In this document: positions 37,484 to 48,591 of the stretch, piece after piece | Position numbering within the stretch: the stretch's first letter is position 1 | Layout: the number at the start of each line of letters is the position of its first letter | Program-made: the position numbers and the translations under genes | Sequence record: PQ462667.1 | From: Escherichia phage HMD-P3 | Strand: one strand, 5' to 3' | Length of the DNA: 64,000 nt | The notes under the pieces: generated by a model | Seen by the model: only the letters and a program-made list of their open reading frames with translations | What the model was told of the DNA's origin: nothing | The model's database searches: none

Positions 37484-39556
37484 TTACCTTATATGAATGT
37501 ACCCGTTTTGCAGGTCTATCTTCATTCTGTAATAGGCTTCCGGGTTAGATGATAGTGCGGCCGCACGATCATATATAATATTCACACCAATTTGAGATAA
37601 GAAAGCATTACCAGCAACTATTTTACTAGCGGTTACAGTACCATTAACTATCATATCTCCGTGTAAGACCATAGCAGGACTAACCCATGCCGAACCATTC
37701 CATTGTCTAGTAAATGCTGTTTGCGGAGCATTACTATTAAACTCAGTTAATACATCGTATTTAACAGGTGGGGAACCAAAATTACTTTGGAAGAAGGAGT
37801 TAGCACGACTATCGTCCCATCCTCCTAATCCGGCCACTCCAAGAGAATACATGCCCGGGCCTCTCTGGCCATCCGCACCAATAGTACCTTCAGTACCACT
37901 CCACTGAACAACGTCTGCCCAGCTAGTACCTTCTAGTAACTTATTAGTAACAGGGTCTAGAGTACCAGTTGTAGCATAAATATTCTGAGTCATATCAGTA
38001 CGGTTAGGCGGTGTTTTAGACCAGCCAGGTGGTGGGTAATCCTGCTCCAATGGTTTTGCTGGTAAACTTTTACCAAGTTTATAAACAAATACTGTTTGTT
38101 TACCTTGCATACCAGTTCCAATATCTACGTCACCATTAGGAGTTCCAATAACAACCCCGCTAGAAATACGAAGAGTATCCCCATCATAACGTATCCACTG
38201 AGTAGCATTACCTATATCTAACTTTGGCTTAGCAGAAGTGTTATCCATTCCCATCCAGATACCAGATTTTGTATCTCCCCAAGTTTTACCTTGAGTATAG
38301 ATTGCCGGATTATCTTGGCCAGTTAGATTAGTCATTACAAAGTTAGCAGCATTGATAGTTTTAGTTATAACACTACCATCAACGTTAACTATCTTTTTAA
38401 TAGGATCGAAAGATATTGGTGCTTTTCCTTCGGCATCTAGGAGGCCTATATTAATAGCACCAGTAGTAGCATCGATTAAAAATGTTTGCTTCCACGTGGA
38501 GCCATCTTTAATCTTACCTTTAATATACGCATAGTTTACTTCTATACCAGTTTCATTAACAAAACTATTGTCAAGAGGGGTATCCTCATTTAGTATAAAA
38601 GTCTGTACTACAGAATCTGTTACATCTTGAGCATTTGGCCCCCACGCTATAGAGGAGACTTTAAATTTATGCTCAATTTTCCACGGGAACGATATAATAG
38701 TTGCCGCTTGTGCAGCACCTACGTTAATTTTTTGGGCCTTAGTCCATCCAGTTCTTGCAAATTCTGCGGAGTCTATATAAGACACGACAAATTCACGAAC
38801 ATTTGCTCCAGATCCCTTATTCCAATCCCATTGCACACGTAAATCATAACGTTCTTTACCATCTGCAATTCTTGCAGCCTTGAAGGTAATATTGCTAGGA
38901 GCAGTGGGTGGTACAAAGTTATATTCTACAGTAAGAAATTTAGAAAACTCAAAGTATCCAGAGGAATCTACAGTTACACCATCAGGCATAGTAACTTGCC
39001 CTGATATACGTACTTTATAATCTCCAATAGGAACACCACCAAATCTAATAGTCGGAGATAGTGGGCCTATATAATACTTTATCCATGGGCTATTTGAAGG
39101 TTGAGTACTTTTTAACTCAATAGTACAATAACTAGCTTCTCCTGTAGTTTCTATAACTACTATAGGAGCACCTACGCCCACATCTACTGGATCAGCTTCT
39201 GATCTAGCGGCAGTAATAATAGGTTTTCTCTTAGTACTAAAGGTAGTTTTATTGGATAAGTTTATACCAATTTTAGCCTCTAGTAATTCAGAATCTATAA
39301 TAGAATCATAAAAAGCCCCTTGAACTTCATAAGAGGTTGAAGGGGTTAGATTATTAATCATTACGAAGAAAGTATCTATACCAGTATAATCACGTCTATC
39401 TATACTTTCTCCTAACTTTAGCCAAAAAGATCTACCAATAACATCATAGTCAGTATATATAGAGTGCTGGACATACGCCATTGTATATCCAGTCATTATA
39501 CTATTTAAGACCATTTTGGCTGGTGCATTATTCGAAATCATTAAATGGATGCCCAC
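37484..39556 (-). CDS. baseplate / central fibre protein (T5 pb4-like)
   Basis: 690 aa, beta-rich; position after the pb3-like gene; T5 pb4 is about 688 aa as I recall. Confidence 0.6.
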   Translation of the reverse strand: MGIHLMISNNAPAKMVLNSIMTGYTMAYVQHSIYTDYDVIGRSFWLKLGESIDRRDYTGIDTFFVMINNLTPSTSYEVQGAFYDSIIDSELLEAKIGINLSNKTTFSTKRKPIITAARSEADPVDVGVGAPIVVIETTGEASYCTIELKSTQPSNSPWIKYYIGPLSPTIRFGGVPIGDYKVRISGQVTMPDGVTVDSSGYFEFSKFLTVEYNFVPPTAPSNITFKAARIADGKERYDLRVQWDWNKGSGANVREFVVSYIDSAEFARTGWTKAQKINVGAAQAATIISFPWKIEHKFKVSSIAWGPNAQDVTDSVVQTFILNEDTPLDNSFVNETGIEVNYAYIKGKIKDGSTWKQTFLIDATTGAINIGLLDAEGKAPISFDPIKKIVNVDGSVITKTINAANFVMTNLTGQDNPAIYTQGKTWGDTKSGIWMGMDNTSAKPKLDIGNATQWIRYDGDTLRISSGVVIGTPNGDVDIGTGMQGKQTVFVYKLGKSLPAKPLEQDYPPPGWSKTPPNRTDMTQNIYATTGTLDPVTNKLLEGTSWADVVQWSGTEGTIGADGQRGPGMYSLGVAGLGGWDDSRANSFFQSNFGSPPVKYDVLTEFNSNAPQTAFTRQWNGSAWVSPAMVLHGDMIVNGTVTASKIVAGNAFLSQIGVNIIYDRAAALSSNPEAYYRMKIDLQNGYIHIR

Positions 39557-42390
39557 TCCACAGACTGTTCTCCATCATCTCCTTCTGCTCTAATACGAAA
39601 ATATAGTTTTCTATTGATCCCTAGAGCACCACTGTTATGAAGAGCAAAATCTGCCTTATTATACATTAATAAATAGTCATAAGTATACTGATTTTCAATA
39701 CGTACACTTCTTAGCATTCTATTCTGAGAATCATAGATCTCCAGAGTATAGAATATACTTTCTATTATATCTTCTTCTGGTATCCTATCCCAAGCTAGTC
39801 TTACATCTGGGCCTACAAACTCAGTTACATCCCCAGAAGCCATATTAGTTACCCTAAAATTAGATACTACACTTAGGTTTTTAGCAGAGTTAAGTTCTAT
39901 AGATAATGTTACTGGAGAACTTCTTCTACCGTTTATATCCACGGCCCTTATTTCAAATATTGCTAAACCTGCAGGCTCTCCAATTATCTCTTGGACCATG
40001 CGTTCATTGGGATTTGTTTCTAGTTGCTGCACGATATAGGGTTCAGCATGACCTGAATGCACGATAGAGTAATAAACTACGTTATTAGTTAAACTTGGAA
40101 GCCAAGATAGCTCACCATTTTTTCCTATAGAGCCAACTAAACCACCGGGTGTAGGGGTATATTTAAAATCTCTAGGAGGAAGAACATTGTTACTAATATC
40201 TGGTATATCATTACCACTATTATCTACTTGATCAGAGTTGATAAATACATCTTCCCCATACTCTTGTAGAGTAACATTTATCTTTCCTTCCCTAGAGTTT
40301 TCGACTTCATCTACTAAAAAGTATTTCTTATCCCATCCGTAACGGTCGTATGTAAATGCAATGGCATCGTTAGGTTCAATACCAATGAATTGATATGGTA
40401 AAGAAAAAGAAAGGGTTCTAGAATACCTAGATTTCTTAAGTTCTCTGTCTGCAAAACTTCTAGCAGTATAGTAGTTAGTTATATTTGCAAAAGATAATTG
40501 TAATTTTTTGTCTAAATTTTTATCTTGCTCTTTATATCTAGAGTTATAAAAGGTAATAGAGTTAGTTTTCCAGCTAAGAGCTGGGTCTACGATGGATGCT
40601 TGAACTGAGTTGAACTTATTTCTACCAGTAGTATCTGATAGCTCTAAATCACCATAAGTATCCAGAAAATTAATCTCTAATGGAGTATTAGAATACTTTT
40701 CCACAGTAATTCTATACTGACCAGATAAGTTGTTAATAGCTCCACCATAGGACTCTAGCAAACCTTGCACATTTTTGAATACTGATTCAGATGTATCTAG
40801 AATAGTATTCATTTGTACTATTTGTCTATTTTCTGCTAATGGATCAGTCCACCCAATGTACCTCCAGTACGGCTGCCAGGATACTTGGTAAGATTCATCT
40901 ATAATATCTAGGATAGCAGCTTCCTGTATCAATTGTTGAAGAGGGAATTGATCAATAGTAATATTAGCACCGTATCTATCTGAAGTTAAGTAATCAAGTG
41001 TTTGCCAGATACCATTTAAACTAGTGCTATTAGCAGTTACTCTACCATCAGAGTGGTAGATTTTTACCTTCTTACCCTGAATCTCAGCACTAACTTCTGG
41101 AATCTCAGTTCTATTTTCATTAATAGTAAAGCGCACTACCGCATAAGCAGTATCTAATAGTTTATATCTAGCATCCCAGTACTCAGGCCCATTACCGTTC
41201 ATACTTTGAAGATAGAACCCACGCTCCTTCGCTATATTTACTAATACTTCAGAAGCCGTTTGATCGGCTTTTCCATGATAAGTCCAAATCCTTATATCAC
41301 CATTACCATCGTTATATTTATATTCCTGGCCATGCACAGAAGGACTACTAGAAGATATTCCTGATGCTATTCTTTGCATGGTGTCTCCTGCTACTTTTTT
41401 AACACCGAAGCAGGTTCTAGCAGAGCTATCATTAGAGTCCATACAAATCATAGGATTATCACCAAAGGAAAAGTCAAGAAAACCGTCTATCTCTCCTTCA
41501 GCAAAAGCATATACTACATAAACTATATTAGGATTGTGTAATTCCGTATCCGCAAAAATAGGTATTCCCGGTATTTTCTGTACACCATAAACTACTGGTA
41601 TATACTTAGCAGCAAGGTTAAAATCTATATCTACTTCTTTAGTAACAGTCTCATAATACTTTTTAAGACTATAACTTCTAGATAGTCCAAATAGCTTTTT
41701 CTTAGATTTTAGCTTGTATCTTTCTTCCTGTACCTGATACTTTGCTAGAATAGAGATACTTTTATTGGCATGAAAGAAACCGTAATCTTCTTGGTACTCA
41801 AGTCTTTTAGCCCCGTTAGATGGAAGTAATTGCCCTGCTACAACTTCAAGCCCTCTATGAGAAGCATCATCAGTAAATCTACCATTAACCCTATCAAAAT
41901 CATAGAATTGGTTAGAACAATTCCAAGTAATTGTGGAGGTTCCAACTCCCGAAGTACTAATATTATCCTTAATACCTCCACCAGTAATTCTACCTCTAAA
42001 GTATAATAAAGGCCCGTTTGTGTCTGGGTCTACAGGTAAAATAGAACCATCCTCTGTAATAATTGCTTGGTGGATTGATACTGTTCTATCTAAAAAGGAC
42101 ACACCATTCTGCACTAATTTCAGTACTTCATCCTGCGCTGTACCCGTAATAGTAAAAGATAGACTGCCAATAGATAAATCTCTGTTTTGTTTATGTGCGC
42201 TAATAGATTTAACTTTACCAGCCTGATACAAAATACCATTATATAGTACATCTCTAAAATAATCAGTTAAATAAATAAAAGCAGTACTAGTACCAGTAGA
42301 GCTAGGCAACTCTAGAGAAATTAGACTAGCAGTTTTTATTCTGCTATTATTTTTTAAGTAGTTTCTAGCACTATCTAATATTTTTTTCAT
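39541..42390 (-). CDS. baseplate hub protein (T5 pb3-like)
   Basis: 949 aa, matching the recalled size of T5 pb3; follows the Dit-like gene. Confidence 0.65.
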   Translation of the reverse strand: MKKILDSARNYLKNNSRIKTASLISLELPSSTGTSTAFIYLTDYFRDVLYNGILYQAGKVKSISAHKQNRDLSIGSLSFTITGTAQDEVLKLVQNGVSFLDRTVSIHQAIITEDGSILPVDPDTNGPLLYFRGRITGGGIKDNISTSGVGTSTITWNCSNQFYDFDRVNGRFTDDASHRGLEVVAGQLLPSNGAKRLEYQEDYGFFHANKSISILAKYQVQEERYKLKSKKKLFGLSRSYSLKKYYETVTKEVDIDFNLAAKYIPVVYGVQKIPGIPIFADTELHNPNIVYVVYAFAEGEIDGFLDFSFGDNPMICMDSNDSSARTCFGVKKVAGDTMQRIASGISSSSPSVHGQEYKYNDGNGDIRIWTYHGKADQTASEVLVNIAKERGFYLQSMNGNGPEYWDARYKLLDTAYAVVRFTINENRTEIPEVSAEIQGKKVKIYHSDGRVTANSTSLNGIWQTLDYLTSDRYGANITIDQFPLQQLIQEAAILDIIDESYQVSWQPYWRYIGWTDPLAENRQIVQMNTILDTSESVFKNVQGLLESYGGAINNLSGQYRITVEKYSNTPLEINFLDTYGDLELSDTTGRNKFNSVQASIVDPALSWKTNSITFYNSRYKEQDKNLDKKLQLSFANITNYYTARSFADRELKKSRYSRTLSFSLPYQFIGIEPNDAIAFTYDRYGWDKKYFLVDEVENSREGKINVTLQEYGEDVFINSDQVDNSGNDIPDISNNVLPPRDFKYTPTPGGLVGSIGKNGELSWLPSLTNNVVYYSIVHSGHAEPYIVQQLETNPNERMVQEIIGEPAGLAIFEIRAVDINGRRSSPVTLSIELNSAKNLSVVSNFRVTNMASGDVTEFVGPDVRLAWDRIPEEDIIESIFYTLEIYDSQNRMLRSVRIENQYTYDYLLMYNKADFALHNSGALGINRKLYFRIRAEGDDGEQSVEWASI

Positions 42391-43001
42391 AGACTTTCCC
42401 GTAAATTTAATGAGATGTTGGAATATGTTCCGTTATTATTTAGTGTAGACCCAAAAGCATCACCATTCATGAGTTTTGTTCTAAATAGTATTCCATTAAA
42501 TACTGGCTTCTCCGCTCCAGTAGTAGTTATAAATAAATCAGGGTATAAGTTTATAGACCATGTATTACCTGATTTGTTAAATGATGTTATTTTATATACT
42601 TTTGGGTGGTTAGACAGCTTAAATAGATCCCCCGGTTTTGGAGTACCTGTAAGAAGTCCTTTTGTATCCATAGTTATATTAGAACCCTTCTGTCCAGCGG
42701 GTATACTTACTAGACTAGTATTACCTCTAACTCTAAAAGCTTCGTATTGTGGTAGTATAACATCAATATAACCACCAGTCCTTTTGTATTCTAGAATAAA
42801 AGCATCTAGAACACTATATTCATCTGGAAATAATTCTGGATAAGAAATATTTATACCCCAGTATTGAGCAGATACCTTAACTTCGTTAACTTTACCATTT
42901 GGTAACTCATCACGAATTACTGGGTCATTATCAATCAGGTTAACACTTTCGAATCCTAAGCCTGAAAGTTCTGGATTCGTGTATGGGTCTGGTAATCTCA
43001 T
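42387..43001 (-). CDS. distal tail protein (Dit; T5 pb9-like)
   Basis: 204 aa, directly downstream of the tape measure gene. Confidence 0.65.
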   Translation of the reverse strand: MRLPDPYTNPELSGLGFESVNLIDNDPVIRDELPNGKVNEVKVSAQYWGINISYPELFPDEYSVLDAFILEYKRTGGYIDVILPQYEAFRVRGNTSLVSIPAGQKGSNITMDTKGLLTGTPKPGDLFKLSNHPKVYKITSFNKSGNTWSINLYPDLFITTTGAEKPVFNGILFRTKLMNGDAFGSTLNNNGTYSNISLNLRESL

Positions 43002-43028
43002 AGTTAATTTCTCCTCTTTAATAACAAT

Positions 43029-43057
43029 ATTATAATAGTATTAGAAAATTTTATCAA
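43029..43057 (-). promoter_or_regulatory. sigma70-type promoter (minus strand) upstream of the Dit/baseplate genes
   Basis: On the minus strand TTGATA, 17 bp, TATAAT, then AAAGAGGAG RBS and ATG 43001. Confidence 0.5.
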
Positions 43058-43074
43058 GAAATTTTTATTTTTCC

Positions 43075-43103
43075 ATAAAGAAAAGGAGGACTCAAAGTCC
43101 TCC
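43075..43103 (-). terminator. rho-independent terminator after the tape measure gene (minus strand)
   Basis: Hairpin GGAGGAC-TTTGA-GTCCTCC followed by TTTTCTTTAT on the minus strand. Confidence 0.55.
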
Positions 43104-43110
43104 TCCAGTT

Positions 43111-46100
43111 TTAAGAATTTCCTAATGTTTTCAGACTAGCACCGTTCTCATTCAGAGCTAATTCTACTGCGTCTCTCAGAGCACCACTATTACTAGAAGC
43201 AAACTCTCTAAAACTTGCAGCATCCATAGCACTAATATTCAGGATGATAGGTCTTCCTGAAGTTGAGTTAGATGAAGTTTTTAGCTCATCATTAGGTGTA
43301 GATTTCATAGGAACCATAGGGGTAACTACTTCTGTACCATGTTCACCCATTTGATAACTAACCCCAGGGTACATATTACCACCCTCAGCACGAGGAACGA
43401 AAGAATTAGCACCACCTATACCTTTATCGCCTCTGATATAAGATAATTCACCAGCATTAGCAGACATAGACACATCTATATTCTTCTGACGCTCTCCTAA
43501 GGTTAGGTAACTAGTTGTATTTGCTCCAGAATCCACAGAGGGTATAGAGGATGCACCAGAAGCAGCGGCTAAGGATAGTGCGCCTGCAGCAGCCGCAGTG
43601 GCCATCATCGTTAACCCTAATGGTAAGAACGGACGGGTAGCTGCAGCGTTCATCATAGCTACGGCTGTAGATATGATTATTTGCTTTTTAGCTTCTCGCT
43701 GTTGTATCTTAGTCTTTTCTGCCTCCAACTTCTTGATTTTAGCTTTAGATTCCTCAGACTTACCATCACGCTTCTGTTCTGCTGCAATAGCCTGGTCTAT
43801 TGCACTTATTTGCTGGTTAGCGGAATATGCCATCATCTGTCCCACCATCTGCATACCTGCAGATATGGTTGTTATACTATCCAAGCTATCTTGTGCATTA
43901 GCCACCACTGCTAAGGAGAAATTACCTATGCTGTTAGCCAATGCTGTAGAAGCAGAATCCACTTCTGACATCTTAGCTATAGCCTGATCATACATAGACA
44001 TTCTATTCTCAAAATCAGCAAACTCCTTATCAGCACCAGATAATCCATAGGTAGGAGTGAAGGTACCCCCTAGTGAGGATACGACTGATTTGTACTTTTG
44101 ATCCTCTCTTTGCTTTTTAAGCTGTTCTAAGGCTGCTGAAGTTTTATAAATCTCATTACGATATTTAATTTCTTCTTCAGTATTATCTTTAGACAGCTCC
44201 AGCTGCTGCTGCAGAATAGATAACCTTTCAGTGAGAATCTGTGACTGACCAGTGACATTTCTCTGCGTTTGGCTAACCTCTAAGGCATCCATAAGGGCGG
44301 ATACATGAGTAGCAGTAGCTTGCTTTTCTGCTTCCCACTTCTCTCTCTCTAGCTGTGCCTGTGCACGTCTAGATTGTTCCAGTTTAACCTGGCTATCAGC
44401 CTGTTTAGCGTATAGCTTAGTTTTTTTCCCCTCTAACTCTAGTTCAAGATCTAACTGTGCTAGACGATACTGAGTATCAGTCATAGTACGGTTATTTAAA
44501 AGGGCTATTTCTTCGTCAATGCCAAGAATTTTATCTGTTTGATCCTTAACCTTTTTAGCGGTTTCAAATCCTTGAGCTTTAGTGTTGAGAATTTCCGTTT
44601 CTATTTTAGCTACTTGTTTTAATGCTTCAGGATCATTTGGATTTATAGCTAATAGTGTTTTTGCTGCACTAAGCTGTTCCTGTTGTTGACGCAGTAATAC
44701 TTCCCTAGCTGCTGCCTCTGCCTTAGCCTTGTCCTTAGTCTGAGCGTAAACCTCATCCTTACGTTTAGCTACCTCTAGTGCATTCTGCTCAGTTTTATCC
44801 ATAGCAGTTACATATTCTGCTAGGCCTTTCTGAGCATTCTTAATTTGATCTAGGCTTGTGAAACCTAGATTTAGATCCTTAACTAGAGTATCTGCACTTT
44901 GCCCAGTTATTTTAGAAGTATCTTCTATTGCCTTTACAACACTGTTTAGGTCACTAGAGGCTTTCTTAGCGTTAGTAATACTACTTGCCGCCATTTTTAT
45001 GTTATTTGCAGTATCACTAGAACTTTTCTTCAGGAAGTCAAAGTTCTTCTGTATCTCTGCGGCAGCTTTGAGGTTCTTAGGATCAATTTCGAATACTCCT
45101 TTTTCTCCCGGGATAGCAGTGGCAGCATACTTCATTTTAGCTCCTAACTGCTCAGCCAGATTGCCATTACGTAACAGAGCTTCCCCGGTATCCTGTACCG
45201 CCTGTCTTAGAACCTTCTCGGTTTTGGCTCGTTCTTCTATTTCTTTGTTTTGACGAGCCAACTCATTAGTAAGCTGTACTACTAACAGATTACTCTCATC
45301 TGTAGGAAGACCACCAAAAGCAGTCAATGCATTGACAAAAGGAGCAGTAAATGATTGTTTTGCTTTAATATCATCCAATTGCTGTTTAATCTCTTGAGCT
45401 TTCTTAATACGTTCTTCACTTTCTTTAAGATATGTATCTAGGTCTTCTTGAGCCCCTACAGCATTCCCTATTAAAGCTGTAACGTTTTCAGATGGAGTAA
45501 TTTTAGCGGATGCACTACGTGCCATTGCAGAAACTCTTGATTGAGAAGCCTTAGTTTGGTATAAGAAAGTATTAAGTGTATCCATAACAGGATTTAAGTA
45601 TGTAGCAGCACTTTGTTGTAAACTTCTTAGAGCTGAGTTAGCATTGGCAGCAAATTGTTCCCAAGAGGTTGCCTTAAGAGCATCATCCAGGTATCCAAAT
45701 CTACGAGTAGACTCTGCAATAACCTCATTTGCATATGCTTGTTGTCTCTGGTAGGTAGTCAGGCTATCTACAGTATATTTAATGCCGGTACTAGTAGCAT
45801 TTAACTGTTTAACATAATTTGCATACGCATCGTTAAGACGAATAGTAACACCAAGTTCATCCAGAAGTTCAATTTCTTGTTTTGATACACCCTTAATTAC
45901 ACGGTTAAGTGCATCAGTCATATCAACACCAAGAACAGCAGCAGCACGACGTGCTACTAAACCAAACTGCTCCAATTGTTCACTGTCAAATCCATAAGCG
46001 GAAGCAGTAGATGCTTGGCGCATAGCTTCTTCAAAGGATATAGCACCATTAGTAGCGTTTTGTAGTGATAAAGCTAGTGTCTGTACAGGTGTACCTGTTA

Positions 46101-46773
46101 TGGTACCAACAATAGTGCCAAACTGCTCTAACCTGTTTAGCTGATCACCTACTTTTAGGTTCTCAAAAGCAGTCTGTAGGACGTATACGTTAGAAGCAAA
46201 GGCTGCGTATAGTATAGGTAGACGACCACCGATCTTAGCCATTGCCGCAAAATCACGAGTAGCTCCGCGTGCTGAACCGGAAGTATTACCTAAAGCTCTA
46301 GAAGCCCTACCAGCAGCACCAGCAGTATCATTAAAACCTCTAGATGTACCACCTAAAGCTCTATTAGTATCGTATAGCCTATCTTGAACTTTCTCTGTTG
46401 CAGCTGCAACATCATTACCCATTGCTTTAACAGATCTAGAGACTCCATTAAACCCAACCTCTAGTTTATCCGCTACTTCGATCATTGCAATAGCTAGATC
46501 ATCTAACTTAACACCAATACTATCAATGGATTTAGTGATACCAGCCATACCCCTACTAGCTTGCATTTTAGTAAGACTTTTTGCTGCTCTATCCGCTGCC
46601 CTCTCAATGGAGTAAAGGGTTTTGGGCATTTTACCTAACTGCTCGTTTGTCAGTTCGGAAGCAGCAGCAGCGTTTTCTAACGCATCAGATACGTTTTCAA
46701 TAGACTTTGCAGTACGAGTTGCCCCCTTCTGCTTAACGTCTATTAGTAATTCTCGTATTAGCTTATCAGTCAT
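43111..46773 (-). CDS. tail tape measure protein (T5 pb2-like)
   Basis: 1220 aa, extended alpha-helical/coiled-coil sequence with Ala/Gly-rich hydrophobic segment; size matches T5 pb2 (about 1219 aa). Confidence 0.85.
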   Translation of the reverse strand: MTDKLIRELLIDVKQKGATRTAKSIENVSDALENAAAASELTNEQLGKMPKTLYSIERAADRAAKSLTKMQASRGMAGITKSIDSIGVKLDDLAIAMIEVADKLEVGFNGVSRSVKAMGNDVAAATEKVQDRLYDTNRALGGTSRGFNDTAGAAGRASRALGNTSGSARGATRDFAAMAKIGGRLPILYAAFASNVYVLQTAFENLKVGDQLNRLEQFGTIVGTITGTPVQTLALSLQNATNGAISFEEAMRQASTASAYGFDSEQLEQFGLVARRAAAVLGVDMTDALNRVIKGVSKQEIELLDELGVTIRLNDAYANYVKQLNATSTGIKYTVDSLTTYQRQQAYANEVIAESTRRFGYLDDALKATSWEQFAANANSALRSLQQSAATYLNPVMDTLNTFLYQTKASQSRVSAMARSASAKITPSENVTALIGNAVGAQEDLDTYLKESEERIKKAQEIKQQLDDIKAKQSFTAPFVNALTAFGGLPTDESNLLVVQLTNELARQNKEIEERAKTEKVLRQAVQDTGEALLRNGNLAEQLGAKMKYAATAIPGEKGVFEIDPKNLKAAAEIQKNFDFLKKSSSDTANNIKMAASSITNAKKASSDLNSVVKAIEDTSKITGQSADTLVKDLNLGFTSLDQIKNAQKGLAEYVTAMDKTEQNALEVAKRKDEVYAQTKDKAKAEAAAREVLLRQQQEQLSAAKTLLAINPNDPEALKQVAKIETEILNTKAQGFETAKKVKDQTDKILGIDEEIALLNNRTMTDTQYRLAQLDLELELEGKKTKLYAKQADSQVKLEQSRRAQAQLEREKWEAEKQATATHVSALMDALEVSQTQRNVTGQSQILTERLSILQQQLELSKDNTEEEIKYRNEIYKTSAALEQLKKQREDQKYKSVVSSLGGTFTPTYGLSGADKEFADFENRMSMYDQAIAKMSEVDSASTALANSIGNFSLAVVANAQDSLDSITTISAGMQMVGQMMAYSANQQISAIDQAIAAEQKRDGKSEESKAKIKKLEAEKTKIQQREAKKQIIISTAVAMMNAAATRPFLPLGLTMMATAAAAGALSLAAASGASSIPSVDSGANTTSYLTLGERQKNIDVSMSANAGELSYIRGDKGIGGANSFVPRAEGGNMYPGVSYQMGEHGTEVVTPMVPMKSTPNDELKTSSNSTSGRPIILNISAMDAASFREFASSNSGALRDAVELALNENGASLKTLGNS

Positions 46774-46787
46774 ATTTTATTTTTCCC

Positions 46788-46821
46788 AATAAAAAAGGCT
46801 CTGGGCAAATCACCCAGAGCC
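46788..46821 (-). terminator. terminator plus RBS module upstream of the tape measure gene (minus strand)
   Basis: 9-bp stem GGCTCTGGG / CCCAGAGCC followed on the minus strand by TTTTTTATTGGGAAAAATAAAATATG. Confidence 0.55.
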
Positions 46822-46856
46822 AAGCCTCATCGTGGAACGCCCATTGGAGGAAACTT

Positions 46857-47225
46857 TTACCGTGCTCGAGATCTAGCATGTGGCTTAACGTTAGGAATCC
46901 TTCCGTTTTGCGGTTTATGCTTCTCAGCACGTTTACGTGCAGCATCTACAGCTTTAGCATCAAATATATTGATAATGTGTAGAACAAATTCTTTTTCTAT
47001 AGGATCAGTAATCCCATAAATATCAAATAAAACACCTAATGCAGCCTTATCCTTACCTATAAAAATAGGAAAGTCACCTGGTATAAAGCAGTCAATTAGA
47101 CTGTTATAAATATTCATACTAACAGATACAATAGGCGGAAAATCTTCGAGTTCAACGGGCATAGCCTTAGGATCAGGTTCTATACCCATGGACTCGCAAA
47201 GTATTAAATATTGTTGTTTAGTCAT
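46857..47225 (-). CDS. putative tail assembly chaperone (122 aa)
   Basis: Small ORF immediately upstream of the tape measure gene; assignment by position only. Confidence 0.4.
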   Translation of the reverse strand: MTKQQYLILCESMGIEPDPKAMPVELEDFPPIVSVSMNIYNSLIDCFIPGDFPIFIGKDKAALGVLFDIYGITDPIEKEFVLHIINIFDAKAVDAARKRAEKHKPQNGRIPNVKPHARSRAR

Positions 47226-47286
47226 TTTAGATGCTGAGCTTTTAATGCACTTATCAGCAAAGTCAGCAACAGCATCTAGGAGTTCT

Positions 47287-47691
47287 TTACGCTTTTGGGC
47301 TACGAAAAGTGTCTAAGTGGAACACTGTCTGGTTGATCCAAGAATCAAACGCAGCAGAGTTCTGCATAAGCATTACAGCATTATCACGACTGAATGGAAC
47401 TTCAGTAGCAGGATCAGCATCTGTTTCAATCAGCATCAGTTTTTCAACGTCACCTACAGTCAAACCAGTCCAACCTTTAATAGCTGCATCAACAAAGGCT
47501 TCAATGAACTTATCATCATCCTGTACCTGAACCAAAGTACCGTTAACCCATTCATCGCGTTTAGCAGAAGAAATAACACGTTTAGAGGTAGCACGAGACA
47601 TATAGTTAAGTTCTAGTTTAAAGTTCGGCATACCTGGGTAGGAAAGAGTAATAGTACGAGTATCAAGAGTAATATCTTTTAAATTAATCAT
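47287..47691 (-). CDS. putative tail assembly protein (134 aa)
   Basis: Small ORF between the collar-like and chaperone-like genes; assignment by position only. Confidence 0.4.
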   Translation of the reverse strand: MINLKDITLDTRTITLSYPGMPNFKLELNYMSRATSKRVISSAKRDEWVNGTLVQVQDDDKFIEAFVDAAIKGWTGLTVGDVEKLMLIETDADPATEVPFSRDNAVMLMQNSAAFDSWINQTVFHLDTFRSPKA

Positions 47692-48587
47692 TTTTTAATT
47701 TCTCCAAAGAAATCTATTCTCACTGGGTCTGAAGAAGCAGTAGGTATAATATCCCACTCAACTCTATACACATCTGAGAACTCTAGGCGTTTTGTAATAC
47801 GTGCTGAAGGAAAATCTATAGAAATATTATTATTTCTTATCGTTAAAGGTACATCTATCTCCGGTTCTATATTATAAACCATATCTCCTGCAAAACGTTT
47901 TAAGTAGTACAGAGAAATGGTTGCCGAAGCATTCATTTCAGTTACATAGGCTCTTTTATTATTATAAATTTTATTTATATCAAAAACACTCTTATCCTCT
48001 CTCCAGGAGCACTGCTGTTGGAAAGATAAAGAGGCAGAAATAAGACCGGGTAAGATGCTGCCATTAGTAGAAGCTATTACTGGGCTGTAAGACATTACTT
48101 CACCCTGTATAATAGAAGCTGCTTCTCTATACGTAGATACTTCTGAGAATTTCCCAGACTCAATACCAACATTAAGAATTGGTATATTCTTATCTAAAGA
48201 AAAATCTACCGTAGATACATAGCAGTTTTCAAAATATACACAGTTATTATCTTTATTTACTATATAGATATTGAACATAATAGGTTCAATATTACTACTA
48301 TATAGTGGTAGTAAGAAAGTATTACCTTTTCTATCAAAACCTAACCATTCAAAGAAGTTAGCCTCAGTAAGAGTATTACTGAAATTTACTGCTAGAGAGA
48401 TAGAAGAGGGGGTTTGAGCATTTATAATAGAGTCTGCATAGTTAGTTCTACGATGAACAGTCCTACGAAGAGTCTTGAATTCCTCGTAGGAAGTCTGTAT
48501 ATCATAGTTTGATAGGGCATCAAAATGAAATGCCCTACCATCATACTCAACTATAACTTTTGACTCTCTCATTAGAGAGTAATACAT
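47688..48587 (-). CDS. tail collar protein (T5 p140-like)
   Basis: 299 aa ORF directly downstream of the tail tube gene; by synteny. Confidence 0.5.
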   Translation of the reverse strand: MYYSLMRESKVIVEYDGRAFHFDALSNYDIQTSYEEFKTLRRTVHRRTNYADSIINAQTPSSISLAVNFSNTLTEANFFEWLGFDRKGNTFLLPLYSSNIEPIMFNIYIVNKDNNCVYFENCYVSTVDFSLDKNIPILNVGIESGKFSEVSTYREAASIIQGEVMSYSPVIASTNGSILPGLISASLSFQQQCSWREDKSVFDINKIYNNKRAYVTEMNASATISLYYLKRFAGDMVYNIEPEIDVPLTIRNNNISIDFPSARITKRLEFSDVYRVEWDIIPTASSDPVRIDFFGEIKK

Positions 48588-48591
48588 TTAA